Source of the DNA: Macrostomum hystrix
Taxonomy: Eukaryota; Animalia; Platyhelminthes
DNA length: 64,000 bases
Direction of reading: 5' to 3'
Assembly: GCA_950097015.1 (NCBI GenBank)
Contig: CATNEN010000001.1
Coordinates: forward strand, 15,934,001-15,998,000
The notes beneath the pieces are model-generated. The model was not told where the DNA came from. It saw only the letters and a program-made list of their open reading frames with translations, and searched no databases. This document shows positions 37,881 through 48,416 of the stretch, piece by piece (the first letter of the stretch is position 1; each line of letters begins with the position of its first letter). The position numbers were made by a program, and so were the translations under genes.

Positions 37881-39741
37881 ATCCCTCTAAATTCTCATAA
37901 CTGTCTGATCAGACTTAGCCATTAAGACTGTCAGTTTTTTCATAGGTATTTTCGCAGTTTCCATTTTTTACCTATCATTTTATTTTCTGCATCGCAGTTT
38001 TGCACTTTTAACTATTTGCAAGTAATCATGCACAACTTGTTTTTGCACTTTTACAGCCAGGCTATACATTTTTGCACTTTTAAATAATCTAAACATTTTC
38101 TTACCTCGAAATGATTCGTGAGATTCAATGTGCAAAGTTTTTGCGCGCTTGTCCCTTGCCATCTGAAATCGCTGGATCAGAACGCAAATGTTCGAGCTTC
38201 TCTGTGTATTCAAGCTTTATTTTAAATAGTGTTTGCTACATACTTTTATTAACTAATTTTTATACTACTGTTCCCTTGTATCGAGAGTAGTATGTTTGGT
38301 TTTGGGTAAAAGAAATTATCATCTTTTGCACCACTTGCCGTAGCAGAATGAATTGACATTTCAATCATCTTCATCAGTATTAAAACAATTTTATTTATAA
38401 AGTTACGTCATTGTTGCTTAGCTGAATAACTATAAATATTTGCATAAATATTACAGTTCATTGTTTGTATCTCTGTTATTATTAGCTAAGTTATTACTAC
38501 TGTGGAATACTTTTCGTAAGTGCGCGCCCAGAGTGCAAGTGCTTGTGAACTTTTCAGTGCAGAGTCACACCGGGTTCGTGTACATTCTGTCTCGCCATCA
38601 ACCTGCTTTGCGTTTCACCGATTTAATCATTTTTGAGACGTTTTTCGCATTGAGCTGCTAAAAGATCGTCAATGTTTTTATTGTCAGCATTTTAAACAGT
38701 TTTTCAAGAAATGAAATGAAACGACTTTGATCTGAATTTGGCAATCATTCAGGCACAGCCCCATTTTCGCACGGACCAGTGAAATAGCTTTTATTGTTTT
38801 TTTAACTGCTTTCTTTTTTATATTTTAGTAAGTAACATTGTCATGTCATCCTCTATGCTTGCAAATTGTATATAGGAATAAATGTGCAATGAAAGCTTTG
38901 TCTATTTAGATTGCTGTCCAGGTGTCTATCAATGCAGTAATTTTATATGCAACATTTAATTACCTTATAAAATATCAAATTTCTCATTCTTTTCATGTGT
39001 ATGCAAGTTATATCTGCTTTTTCTGCACAGTATCAAGCAAATATATCCCGTTTCCAGATGGTGGATCAAGCAGTTTGAACTCAATCAATTTCACTAACCG
39101 CGTATTTAGAAAGCTCTTTCGATCTGTCCATCTGTCAAATAAGATCCCAGCTAATATAACCAATAGATTTCAGTGTAACAGTGTCATCTTGGCTCTGTGT
39201 TTAACAATTTTAATAAAGCTAAAATTTATCTGCGATCGTAAATAACGGTCGCGATTACTAAATCTAAATCTATTGTTTTAGCACACGAAAATCTAGGTTT
39301 TATTCCTGCTTCGGCAATATAGTCAAGATCAAGATCATAATGATGCTGTTGTTCTTTTCCAGTGGTCCTTGTTTAAGGTGGAGGGCTTAGCTGAAGAGCG
39401 GTCGGAACACTTTCTGGCAGGCGCAAAATAGGTTGACAATGCAAATGTTAAAAGGCAGCTACACCATTTTACCCTCAATTTTGAGCAACGAAAACTTCAA
39501 TAGTGACAAACTCCGATTCAAATTCGACAGTTAACGGCAAGGCACGTCAAAGCTAATTTTGACGTAGTCAACTTCAATTTTGAAAAGGTCCGATTTAGCC
39601 CATGCGCGAGCCAAATCCTCACTCCTCAAGTTGTCTAAAAGTCTGATTCAATTTTGACAACAGCGAACGACAAAAGTTATACTCTATTGTAAATTCTCCT
39701 GAATATCCGCTTCAAATTTATCAACTCCACTTCAATATAGA

Positions 39742-41198
39742 CATTGTCGTTTGACCACAGCGTGCAGGAATGTCTGTGTCTATGGTAGAAACTCACTTGA
39801 CATACGTTAGCTTATCGTGCAGGAATGACTTCATTCCTGCACGATTTAACAATTTATTTTTAGAAGCAACTGAATAAGTAATCAAAAACAATATGGAAGA
39901 ACAAAAATAATAATAAGTGGAACCGAGGAAACAGTTAATGAGTCTATAGACCTACTCACACCCCTCTCGGCATTTACTCGAAAATAAACTGCACAACATT
40001 CGTTTCGCCGTTTGCCAAAATCTTCATCCGCTTAGTGAGGGCTGCTACAAGTGTGGTGGTTGATTCTTCAACAACCAGTGACTTCTTGACAGTTGACATT
40101 GACGCTGATCCGCACGGGTCGGTAGTCGCAACAGCCCTTGCAGGAGCTTCGCTCAATGTAGAACTTGGTGCCGGCATAGTTCCAGCTAGAGCGACTGTCA
40201 GCTGATCACTCATCCCTGCCATGATCGAGTCCCTCTTCTTGCCTCTCCGGATGTAACGTTCTACGGACGCGCTATTCTGTGAATAGAGGTGGTGTTTAAT
40301 AAATTCCTTGGCCATGTGTCAATAAAATTACTAAGAATAAAGAATTGCTCACCTTGTGACCTGTCACCTTCGCAACTTTTTCGACAGAAAAGCCAGCTTC
40401 ATGCAGCTCCGTAACAACTGTAGGTCTCACACAATGCGGAGTGTACAGCTTGGACAGGTTAGCATTCGAAGAGATCTTCTTGAGCAACGGCCCCAAAGTG
40501 TTGATTCCAACAGGTACTTTGGTGTACCAGATGCCATCCGCATTCACTCGTGGTTTCGGACGCAGAAAGAAGTCCTCCTGATTCCAACCCGGCACGGCAG
40601 TAATTTTCGACAAATAAAGCTGGAAGGCCTGAACTGGACAGTGCCTTGACTCCGGCTTGGCCACCATCAAGGCCTGTTTATTGTCGTCGCAGAGTCGCAT
40701 GTCACTCGAGCCTTTTACATTCTTTGAGGTGCTGCCTTGCAACTCGATCGCCATAGCTCCGTTTGATAGGGCCTTCTCTCAGAATGAACGAACAGTGCAG
40801 AGACCTCGTAGCCATTCTCTGCCGCGATTGCCGAAATAAAATAACACATTGAAGTACACCTCTTCTTGCAAACGTGTTGGAGTGCTTCTGTAGAAGTAAG
40901 AAGCAAGCTTGACAAGGTCGTCCGACTCAATGGCTTCGTAATGCTGCACTCGACCACCGGACTTCAAATACGCATTGCAAACATTCTTCACCATCAAATT
41001 CGCGCTATGAAAAGCCTCGTGAGCGATGATGTTGAGGCCACGTAATTTCATAAAGCTTTATACACTTTTCTATAAACTCTCCCCTCAATTTTCATCTCTT
41101 CTTATCGTTTCTCGAAAACCGTGCAGGAATGACTTTGTCTGTGGTCAAAAGACAATGATGTTCCTACACGCAAACTCGTGCGTCTATGGCAAAATGCA
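39742..41198 (-). mobile_element. Crypton (tyrosine-recombinase transposon), internally deleted, inserted in the left TIR
   Basis: YR coding remnant. 19-bp inverted repeats at 39742-39760 and 41139-41157. Perfect 15-bp-stem hairpin at 39814-39845. The host TIR resumes at 41197. Confidence 0.75.
39974..41051 (-). pseudogene. Crypton tyrosine recombinase (DUF3504-like), 5'-truncated and frameshifted
   Basis: FGNRGRE, SKN, RHCPVQAFQLYLSK, FFLRP, WYTKVPVGINTL, TPHCVR, VTGHK|NSASVERY, so the R-K-HxxR-H-Y catalytic set is present. 76-nt GT-AG intron at 40352-40277; frameshift near 40800. Confidence 0.85.
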
Positions 41199-41395
41199 AT
41201 CTGCGTCCAATTTCGACGGACTGGTAAGACAGAAAGGTGGTCGGTGGAGCGTAACATCTGTTGGATATATTCGTCCAATTTCCTCACGTAAAGCCTTCAT
41301 TAAAACACCAGTTAACATTTATTTAACGTAGAACGGGTCCGAACACATGGTGCATTGAAAACAGTCTTTTTAGGTCATTAAGTCCCTCATTGCCT

Positions 41396-42354
41396 CTAGC
41401 CCTCAACCGGCTCTGAGGCCAGGCAGCGTGGAACGTACGAATAGCACAGGTTGAACCAGTGCGCGCACTTCTCGGCCGAGACGCTATTGACTGTGTAGTC
41501 CACTTCACGGAACAGGATGTCACGTCTGTAGGCCACCAGTGTCCGCCCTGCGAGCTGCTCTGCTGTGGGCTGGATGAAGTCAGCTTGGATCTGAGCCAAA
41601 CGCTGCTTCAGAGCTGCCTTCCAGCAAGAGATGGCGTTCTCTACCGGAGTCAAGAATGGGCTGTAGACTGGCAGTCGCTTGATCTCGATCAGACCCGGAA
41701 GTTCGAAGTCTTCAGCGTCATTATGACTGCTGACGTTGTCAATCACAATGCTGCATCGCCGGTCCGGGTGCACCTGCTGGAAGTTGGCGATTGTGATGCT
41801 CACAAATTCGCCAAATCGCTTCTTTGTCATGCCCTTCTCGTAGCTGTGATAGTGCACGACACCAAGAGTCGGGCTGACAGCCAAGCAAACCGTCACGCGC
41901 TGCCCCTTCTGCCCAGAAACCACTCTGTAAGCGCGTTGGCCTTTCTGGGATCGGCCAATCGAGCGGCGCATCCAGGTGTTGAATCCGAACTCATCAATAA
42001 AGATCTTCTCAATCTCCAGGGTCTCCTCAGAGCACAGCCACTCTGCAAACTGCATGGCGTCGGGTCTCAATCGTAGCAACCGAGTTTCTCTCAGCGGGTA
42101 TGTCGCGAACCAGTTTGGTTGTATACAGAGCGCCGTCAAGCTTGATGCTAATGGTCTTGTCCGAGACGTGCGGCTTGCTTGGGTATCTGTTGCGCATCAT
42201 GCCGTTCATCTGCGACAGCGTTAGCTCGTGCTAGGTTGTGCTCGACGATTGCGCACAGAAAGCGTTGCATTTCGTTGTCCCACTTTGAATGCTTCGCACC
42301 TCCCTTTGCTTTCTTCTCAGCTCTGCCGGTCCGAACAATGGCATAAGCTCTCAT
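41396..42354 (-). pseudogene. IS630/Tc1-like DDE transposase with frameshifts in the N-terminal half
   Basis: IFIDEFGFN, IVIDNVSSH, LPVYSPFLTPVE. The N-terminal HTH region is split across ORFs 42148-42354 and 42027-42209. Confidence 0.9.
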
Positions 42355-43048
42355 CTAACTTTTACCCTGGACAAGACCATTTCGTTTTTGGCAAAAGCTC
42401 CCGATGGTTCATGTACTGTATAGTCATAAAAAGTCCATCAAGATTGGACGCAGACTGTCTATATTGAAGTGGAGTTGATAAAATTGAAGCGGATATTCAG
42501 GAGAATTTAAATTAGAGTGTAACTTTTGTCGTTCGCTGAGTCAAAATTGAATCAGAGTTTTAGACAACTTGAGGAGTGAGGATTTGGCTCGCGCATGGGC
42601 TAAATCGGACTTTTTCAAAATTGAAGTTGACTACGTCAAAATTGAATGTAGCTTTGACGTGCCTTGCCGTTAACTGTCGAATTTGAATCGGAGTTTGTCA
42701 CTATTGAAGTTTTCGTTGCTCAAAATTGAGGGTAAAATGGTGTACGAGGTATTACACTGACAACCTCTGACTAGCGTTAATTTATTTCCAAGATAATTTT
42801 TTTTGTGAAACAACTTTGCAATTTTTTTGCTTTTAACTTATATTAAACATTCTAAAGCAACAATGGGCTCGTAGCATATGTTTTACTAGACATTTCGGCA
42901 ATACTTGTTTATTTTATGCGTTTTTTTTAAAAAGTAAGCAGATTGCTTTTTGTATTGAAGAGCTCTATTCGAAACTCGAAATTTGAAATTCGGTGGCTAT
43001 CTTTATCGGCATAAATTTACTGTCTTACATAATCGAAATTATCTTACA

Positions 43049-46000
43049 ATGGCAAAGGCCTGCTTTCATTGTATGCGGATCTTAGTAATCCTTTGCAATC
43101 TGATTTTCGTGGTGAGTTAAATTTGGTATCTTTTTATCCTATCTTTGAATTGTCAAATGCTAACTATTTATTATTGTTTATCTATTACTATTAGCCACTG
43201 CACATCAATAATTTGCTTAAGTAGTAACGCCGGTGATCTTATTCTATATTTAAGCTGTATTTAGTTGCCCAGCTTCAATGATTGTAAATAGGCAATAGCT
43301 ACAAAGTGTAAGCCAGGATTAGACTGAAAAGCATGGACACTAGCTTAATATTAAATACTATAGTAAATAAAAAATACTTAAATAGCTAACAGTAGCTCGC
43401 AGAAGAAAAACTAACAGAGAAGACAAGCAGAAAGAGTAGAAGAGATAAAGAAAATCATCTGAGAGACAAAGAGGAGATAAAAACATACTAGGAGTGAGAA
43501 AGAAAAAATCAGTACCTGGACACTTCGTCATCTTCATACATGCGCAACCTCCCAAATCTTAGCCGGCCATGCGACTTAGTTTTTGCTCTCATTTGCGACT
43601 TAGTTCGTTTCATTGCTCTATTTACAACTTAGTTTGCTCTCATTTGCTCTCTTTTTCTCTCCCCTTTTTCCTTTTCTTCACGCCTTCCTTTTTGTCCCTT
43701 GGTCCCCCCTTTGATTTTTTTGCGCTTGGTCGATTGGTTTTTGCGACTTACCTTCCTTGGCCCTCGTTTCACCCAGCCGTTTCGGCCAGGTTGGCCAGGT
43801 ATTGCGCATGTATGTTTGCGCTTGGTCAATTGGTTTTTGCAACTTACCTTGCTTGGCCCTCATTTCACCCAGCCGGGTCGGCCGGGTGTTGCACATGTAT
43901 GGTCATCTTACAACTTCGTCATCCAGATGACGATCTGTCCAATATCTCAGAGGGTGGATGACAAAGAGACTTAGACTTGTGGACACTTTGTTATCTATAT
44001 AACAAAAGTTTTCAAAGTTACAACAGAACCATCCGTCCCCACATTGTGTTGGCACCTATCTTTCAACTCTTATGAATCTTACTCTTATAGTTTTGACACC
44101 TCTTTTGAAACTTTAGAGTGTGAAGTATGTTCAAACCTCTGCCCCACCACCCCACCCTCACTTATTTGATTACAAACTTGATTGCTTCTTATTTGTAGAT
44201 GTGAAACTGACCAAACTTTAAAGCATGTCAATTGACAAAGTGTCCTACCTTCCAAGTAGATGACAAAGTGTCTAGGATCTGGAAAAATCTGCATAGAGTA
44301 AAAGAGAATAAAAACAGACAAGATAAGAATGTAAAAATTAGACTAAATAAACTTCATAAAAATTGTTGTAATTAAGCCTTTAAATCAAAGTGACAGAAGA
44401 GAAAACTAAATTGCAGTTTGTTTTGCCCTCCCTCAAGGAGCACAGATAATTCTTATATCTCCAACTTAGTTTTCTCTCATCTAAAACTTAGTTCTCCCTA
44501 AACTGTGACTTCATTTTCCCTTAACTGTGACTTAGTTTTTCTTTAGCAACAACATTGTTTTCCCTCCTCTGCAACCTAGTTAGTTGCTTTGTTTTATTTA
44601 CAACTTAAAAATTGTTTTTTTTTCATCTAAATTTTCACATTATTTTCTTCTATTTTCTTTAGTGCTTTTTTCCATTTTTTTGCTTCTTTGTGCTTTCTTC
44701 TTTCCCTCTTTGTCCTTTGGCCCCCTTTGATTTCTTTGTCTTTTGTCAATTATTTTTTACAAATTACTTTGCTTATCCCTAATTTCACCTAGCCAATCTG
44801 GCTGGGTGTTGCACTTATATGCATCAAATTCAATTAAATTTATGTATAATTCATGACTTGCTTTTAAAATTTACACATTTTACTTACTTTCACATCTAAA
44901 AAGTTCTGTTAAAAATTCCTAATTTTTTAAGTATAGTTTTTTGTTGCTGAATTGTTTAGCTTAAATATTTCAAATGGGTAGAGATCTTGCTGTGAAATAG
45001 AATTTTTAATCGCTTTCTTGAGCAAAGTAAGAGATTAATTAATGGATTAGACAATCAGAAAACCACACAACCCACATTTTAAACAGTTGATTGGCTGCGC
45101 CATTCTTGGCATTGCAATCTTCCTTTACGTTGACAAGACCTTTAAAGGCATCAAGGACAACATGACAGATAAGAAGATCATAATGGACATCATTCTATTC
45201 TCGGCCATTGGAGTTGGCGGCATCACCATCATTGTGAGCACATTCGGCTGTTGCGGCGCCTATCACGAATCCGAGTGTCTGCTTGGCACCTACTTCCTCT
45301 GCCTGTTCATCATTGTTGCTGCCGAGGTGGCTGCAGGCGTCCTGATGTTCATCAAGTCGGACAAGGATGCTGTGAGTTGCTTACTTGAAGCCTAATAACC
45401 AACCATAGAGCACTGATGGGCTCATCATTTTGGTGTCAGTCGACCTGCTGACTCCTGAACACAAAAGCACACGCCAGCCTTCTCCAAAGGGACCTTTGTG
45501 CAAAATATGGACGCGTTCTTAATCGATTTGATAATATATATTTTTAGTCCCTCATGTTCTCAAAGTAGTCAAATTGATTCCTAAAGTTACCCAATTTTCA
45601 ATCCTCCAACCTTTACAATAAGAAAATAAAATTTTATCGCAATTGCATATTTTAGTTCCGTGACGTTATAAACAAGAGCCTGCTATCCTCCATCAACTCG
45701 TACATGCAAGAGGCTAGCAATGATCCACCGCCTCAGCACCTGAAGCAGATCCAGCTGCGCCTGAAGTGCTGCGGAGCTGACAGCCCCACAAACTATGCCG
45801 AATATGCCGTTTTGGCCCTGGACCATACCAAGCTATCCAAGGCTTTCACTGCCTGCTTTAATGGCAAAGAATTTAATTTGGTCACAGCTTTGAGCGATAT
45901 TAAAAGTTTAACGGTAAGTCACACATATATTGCTATTGCTATTGCTAAGAGTTTGTAATCATTCGAATTCTCGAGTACATCAATCATTTGTTAAACACTG

Positions 46001-46763
46001 CGCTCTATTCTTATCCACAGGGCTGCACCGAAAAAATTATGAATCTACTGTCTGAAAACAAGCTCTGGGTGCTCATTGTCATCCTGTGTATTGCCGCGTT
46101 CGAGGTAAGGATTTCTGCGATGCACCGCCTTCCAGCCAGGCCTTCACCCGCCACCCCAAAATGTACACTGCCTCCCAGCCAGGCCTTCACCCGCCACCCC
46201 AAAATGTACACTGCTTCCCAGCCAGGCCTTCACCCGCCACCCCAAAATGTACACTGCCTCCCAGCCAGGCCTTCACCCGCCACCCCAAAATGTACACTGC
46301 CTCCCAGCCAGGACTTCACCCGCCACCCCAAATGTACACTGCCTCCCAGCCAGGCCTTCACCCGCCACCCCAAAATGTACACTGCCTCCCAGCCAGGCCT
46401 TCACCCGCCACCCAAAATGTACATTGTCTCCCAGCCAGGCCTTCACCCGCCACCTCAAATGTACACTGCCTCCCAGCCAGGCCTTCACCCGCCACCCCAA
46501 ATGTACATTGTCTCCCAGCCAGGCCTTCACCCGCCACCCCAAATGTACATTGTCTCCCAGCCAGGCCTTCACCCGCCACCCCAAATGTACATTGTCTCCC
46601 AGCCAGGCCTTCAACCCCAAATATACTCTGCCACTAAGCTATACGCCTTCGACAAGCGTCTCAAACTACCTTGAAATTGTAGCTGCTCACAATGATTGTG
46701 GCCATGAGCCTCTGCTGCACTGTCAGACGCATGGAGTCAGGTTACATCGGAGTCAGCACTTGA
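43049..46763 (+). CDS. Tetraspanin; exons 43049-43111, 45087-45371, 45656-45913, 46021-46104, 46683-46763
   Basis: All junctions are GT-AG and phase 0. Four TM segments, FGCCGA..ES.CLL, EC2 LKCCG...GC, and C-tail MSLCC...GYIGVST*. Confidence 0.92.
43690..44822. repeat. Dispersed intronic repeat: two tandem copies at about 43690-43900 and a degenerate copy at about 44710-44820
   Basis: Shared GGCCCCCTTTGATTT...CCCTxATTTCACC(C/T)AGCC...GGGTGTTGCAC. Confidence 0.6.
46125..46618 (+). repeat. 42/43-bp minisatellite in the last tetraspanin intron
   Basis: CCCAGCCAGGCCTTCACCCGCCACCCCAAAATGTACACTGCCT repeats. Confidence 0.95.
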
Positions 46764-47439
46764 GGAGCTTCAGCTAATGGTTGGGTTTTGTCTCTGTGGA
46801 ATTGACCAAAGAGCGGAAGTGAAATAGCTGTCACCAAACAGTTAAACTAGTTTGATAAGATTTATATATACAAAGCTTGTACTGATATTGTTTTTTTAGT
46901 TTCATTATATTGATGGAAAAAAACGTAAAAACTTTAATTAAACAAAAATTATGTTTTTACACTTGGAAATGTATTACTCTATTTACTCTTGGTGTTTATG
47001 TGTACCTGCACAGCATGTTAAATTTTCCCCTTATTTTGTGTTCTACATACAAGTACATACGGAATATTTAAACTAAAAAATAACTAACTTAGCTAGCTGG
47101 CTTGTAACTATATTGTGCAATCTAAAAAGATTGCTTCCTGTTTGTACTCCGATAAGTTCCGGTTATTATATATTTTATTATGCTGTCAATATTATTATGA
47201 TTGTTAAATCTTTTTCATGTATTGACACTACTGCTTTTTCTATTATTTAGTAAAATGCTTTCCCGTATTTTTATAATATTCAGACAGACTCATTTGATAA
47301 AAAATCTGTTTGCACTCCAACTAGTTGCTCCCGTTGTAGCATTAGTATTCGCTAATTATGAATTGAAAGTAAGTTTTTGTTGACGCTCTGTTCAGTAATC
47401 GACAGATCGTTTATCTAAGAAATTTATCGTTTAAATTTA

Positions 47440-47715
47440 GTGTGGTGGGTGAAGGCCTGGCTGGAAGGCGTACATTTGGGCTGGCGGGTGAAGGCCTGGC
47501 TGGGAGGCAGTGTACATTTTGGGGTGGCGGGTGAAGGCCTGGCTGGGAGGCAGTGTACACTTGGGGTGGCGGGTGAAGGCCTAGCTGGGAGGCAGTGTAC
47601 ATTTGGGGTGGCTGGTGAAGGCCTGGCTGGGAGGCAGTGTACATTTGGGGTGGCGGGTGAAGGCCTAGCTGGGAGGCAGTGTACATTTTGGGGTTATGAT
47701 GCGAAGGCCTGGCTG
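47440..47715 (-). repeat. Same 42/43-bp minisatellite, inverted, downstream of the last exon
   Basis: GGGGTGGCGGGTGAAGGCCTGGCTGGGAGGCAGTGTACATTT is the reverse complement of the 46125-46618 unit. Confidence 0.95.
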
Positions 47716-48120
47716 TTATTTTCGCCACTGCCTGTGAACACTTTAAACTTTAGATTTTCATATATTTTGCGACAATTCAATCATAATTGAACACAGCGAA
47801 TAATGCAGAGGTGAATGATGTTCAACATTTATAATTTATATTTTCCGTATGCGATAGTAAACGCTTTGTGCAATAAAAAATTTACACGCCCGTTTATCTG
47901 TTGTCCATGCTTTAGTGTTTTGTATATTGATGTAAAATCTAATTTCATCGCTGTATTGATTTTTTTAAACTAAATATTGTACAGCGCAGCTCTGTAATCC
48001 CAGTTGTTTTTTGCTACTGCGTTATTTGCTATTTTTCGCAAAAATATTCATTTTTTAAACTAGTTAGACTTGTTTCTCCTGTCGTAAAGTAGGCTAGAAA
48101 AGCTGTAGCGATTGAGACTT

Positions 48121-48416
48121 CGGTGAAGACTTGGTTAAGCGGCAGTGTATATTTAGGGTGGTGGGTGAAGACTTGGCTGAGCGGCAGTGTACATTTAGGG
48201 TGGTGGGTGAAGACTTGGCTGAGCGGCAGTGTACATTTAGGGTGGTGGGTGAAGACTTGGCTGAGCGGCAGTGTACATTTAGGGTGGTGGGTGAAGACTT
48301 GGCTGAGCGGCAGTGTACATTTAGGGTGGTGGGTGAAGACTTGGCTGAGCGGCAGTGTACATTTAGGGTGGTGGGTGAAGACTTGGCTGAGCGGCAGTGT
48401 ACATTTAGGGTGGCGG
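48121..48416 (-). repeat. 42-bp variant of the same satellite family, 7 copies
   Basis: GGGTGGTGGGTGAAGACTTGGCTGAGCGGCAGTGTACATTTA. Confidence 0.95.

Larger units (their letters stand above)
39462..42742 (-). mobile_element. IS630/Tc1/mariner-superfamily DNA transposon with TIRs of about 280-305 bp
   Basis: TA|CACCATTTTACCCTCAATTTTGAG... and ...CTCAAAATTGAGGGTAAAATGGTG|TA. 39462-39743 is the inverse of about 42456-42742. Contains a DDE transposase remnant. Confidence 0.92.

Noticed and set aside
41102-41287. ORF as an upstream Crypton exon
   Set aside because: It spans the Crypton terminus and the resumed host TIR.
39974-42354. A natural two-gene DDE+YR transposon family
   Set aside because: The left TIR is interrupted and resumes at 41197, indicating secondary insertion. 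Kept only as a possible mobilised composite.
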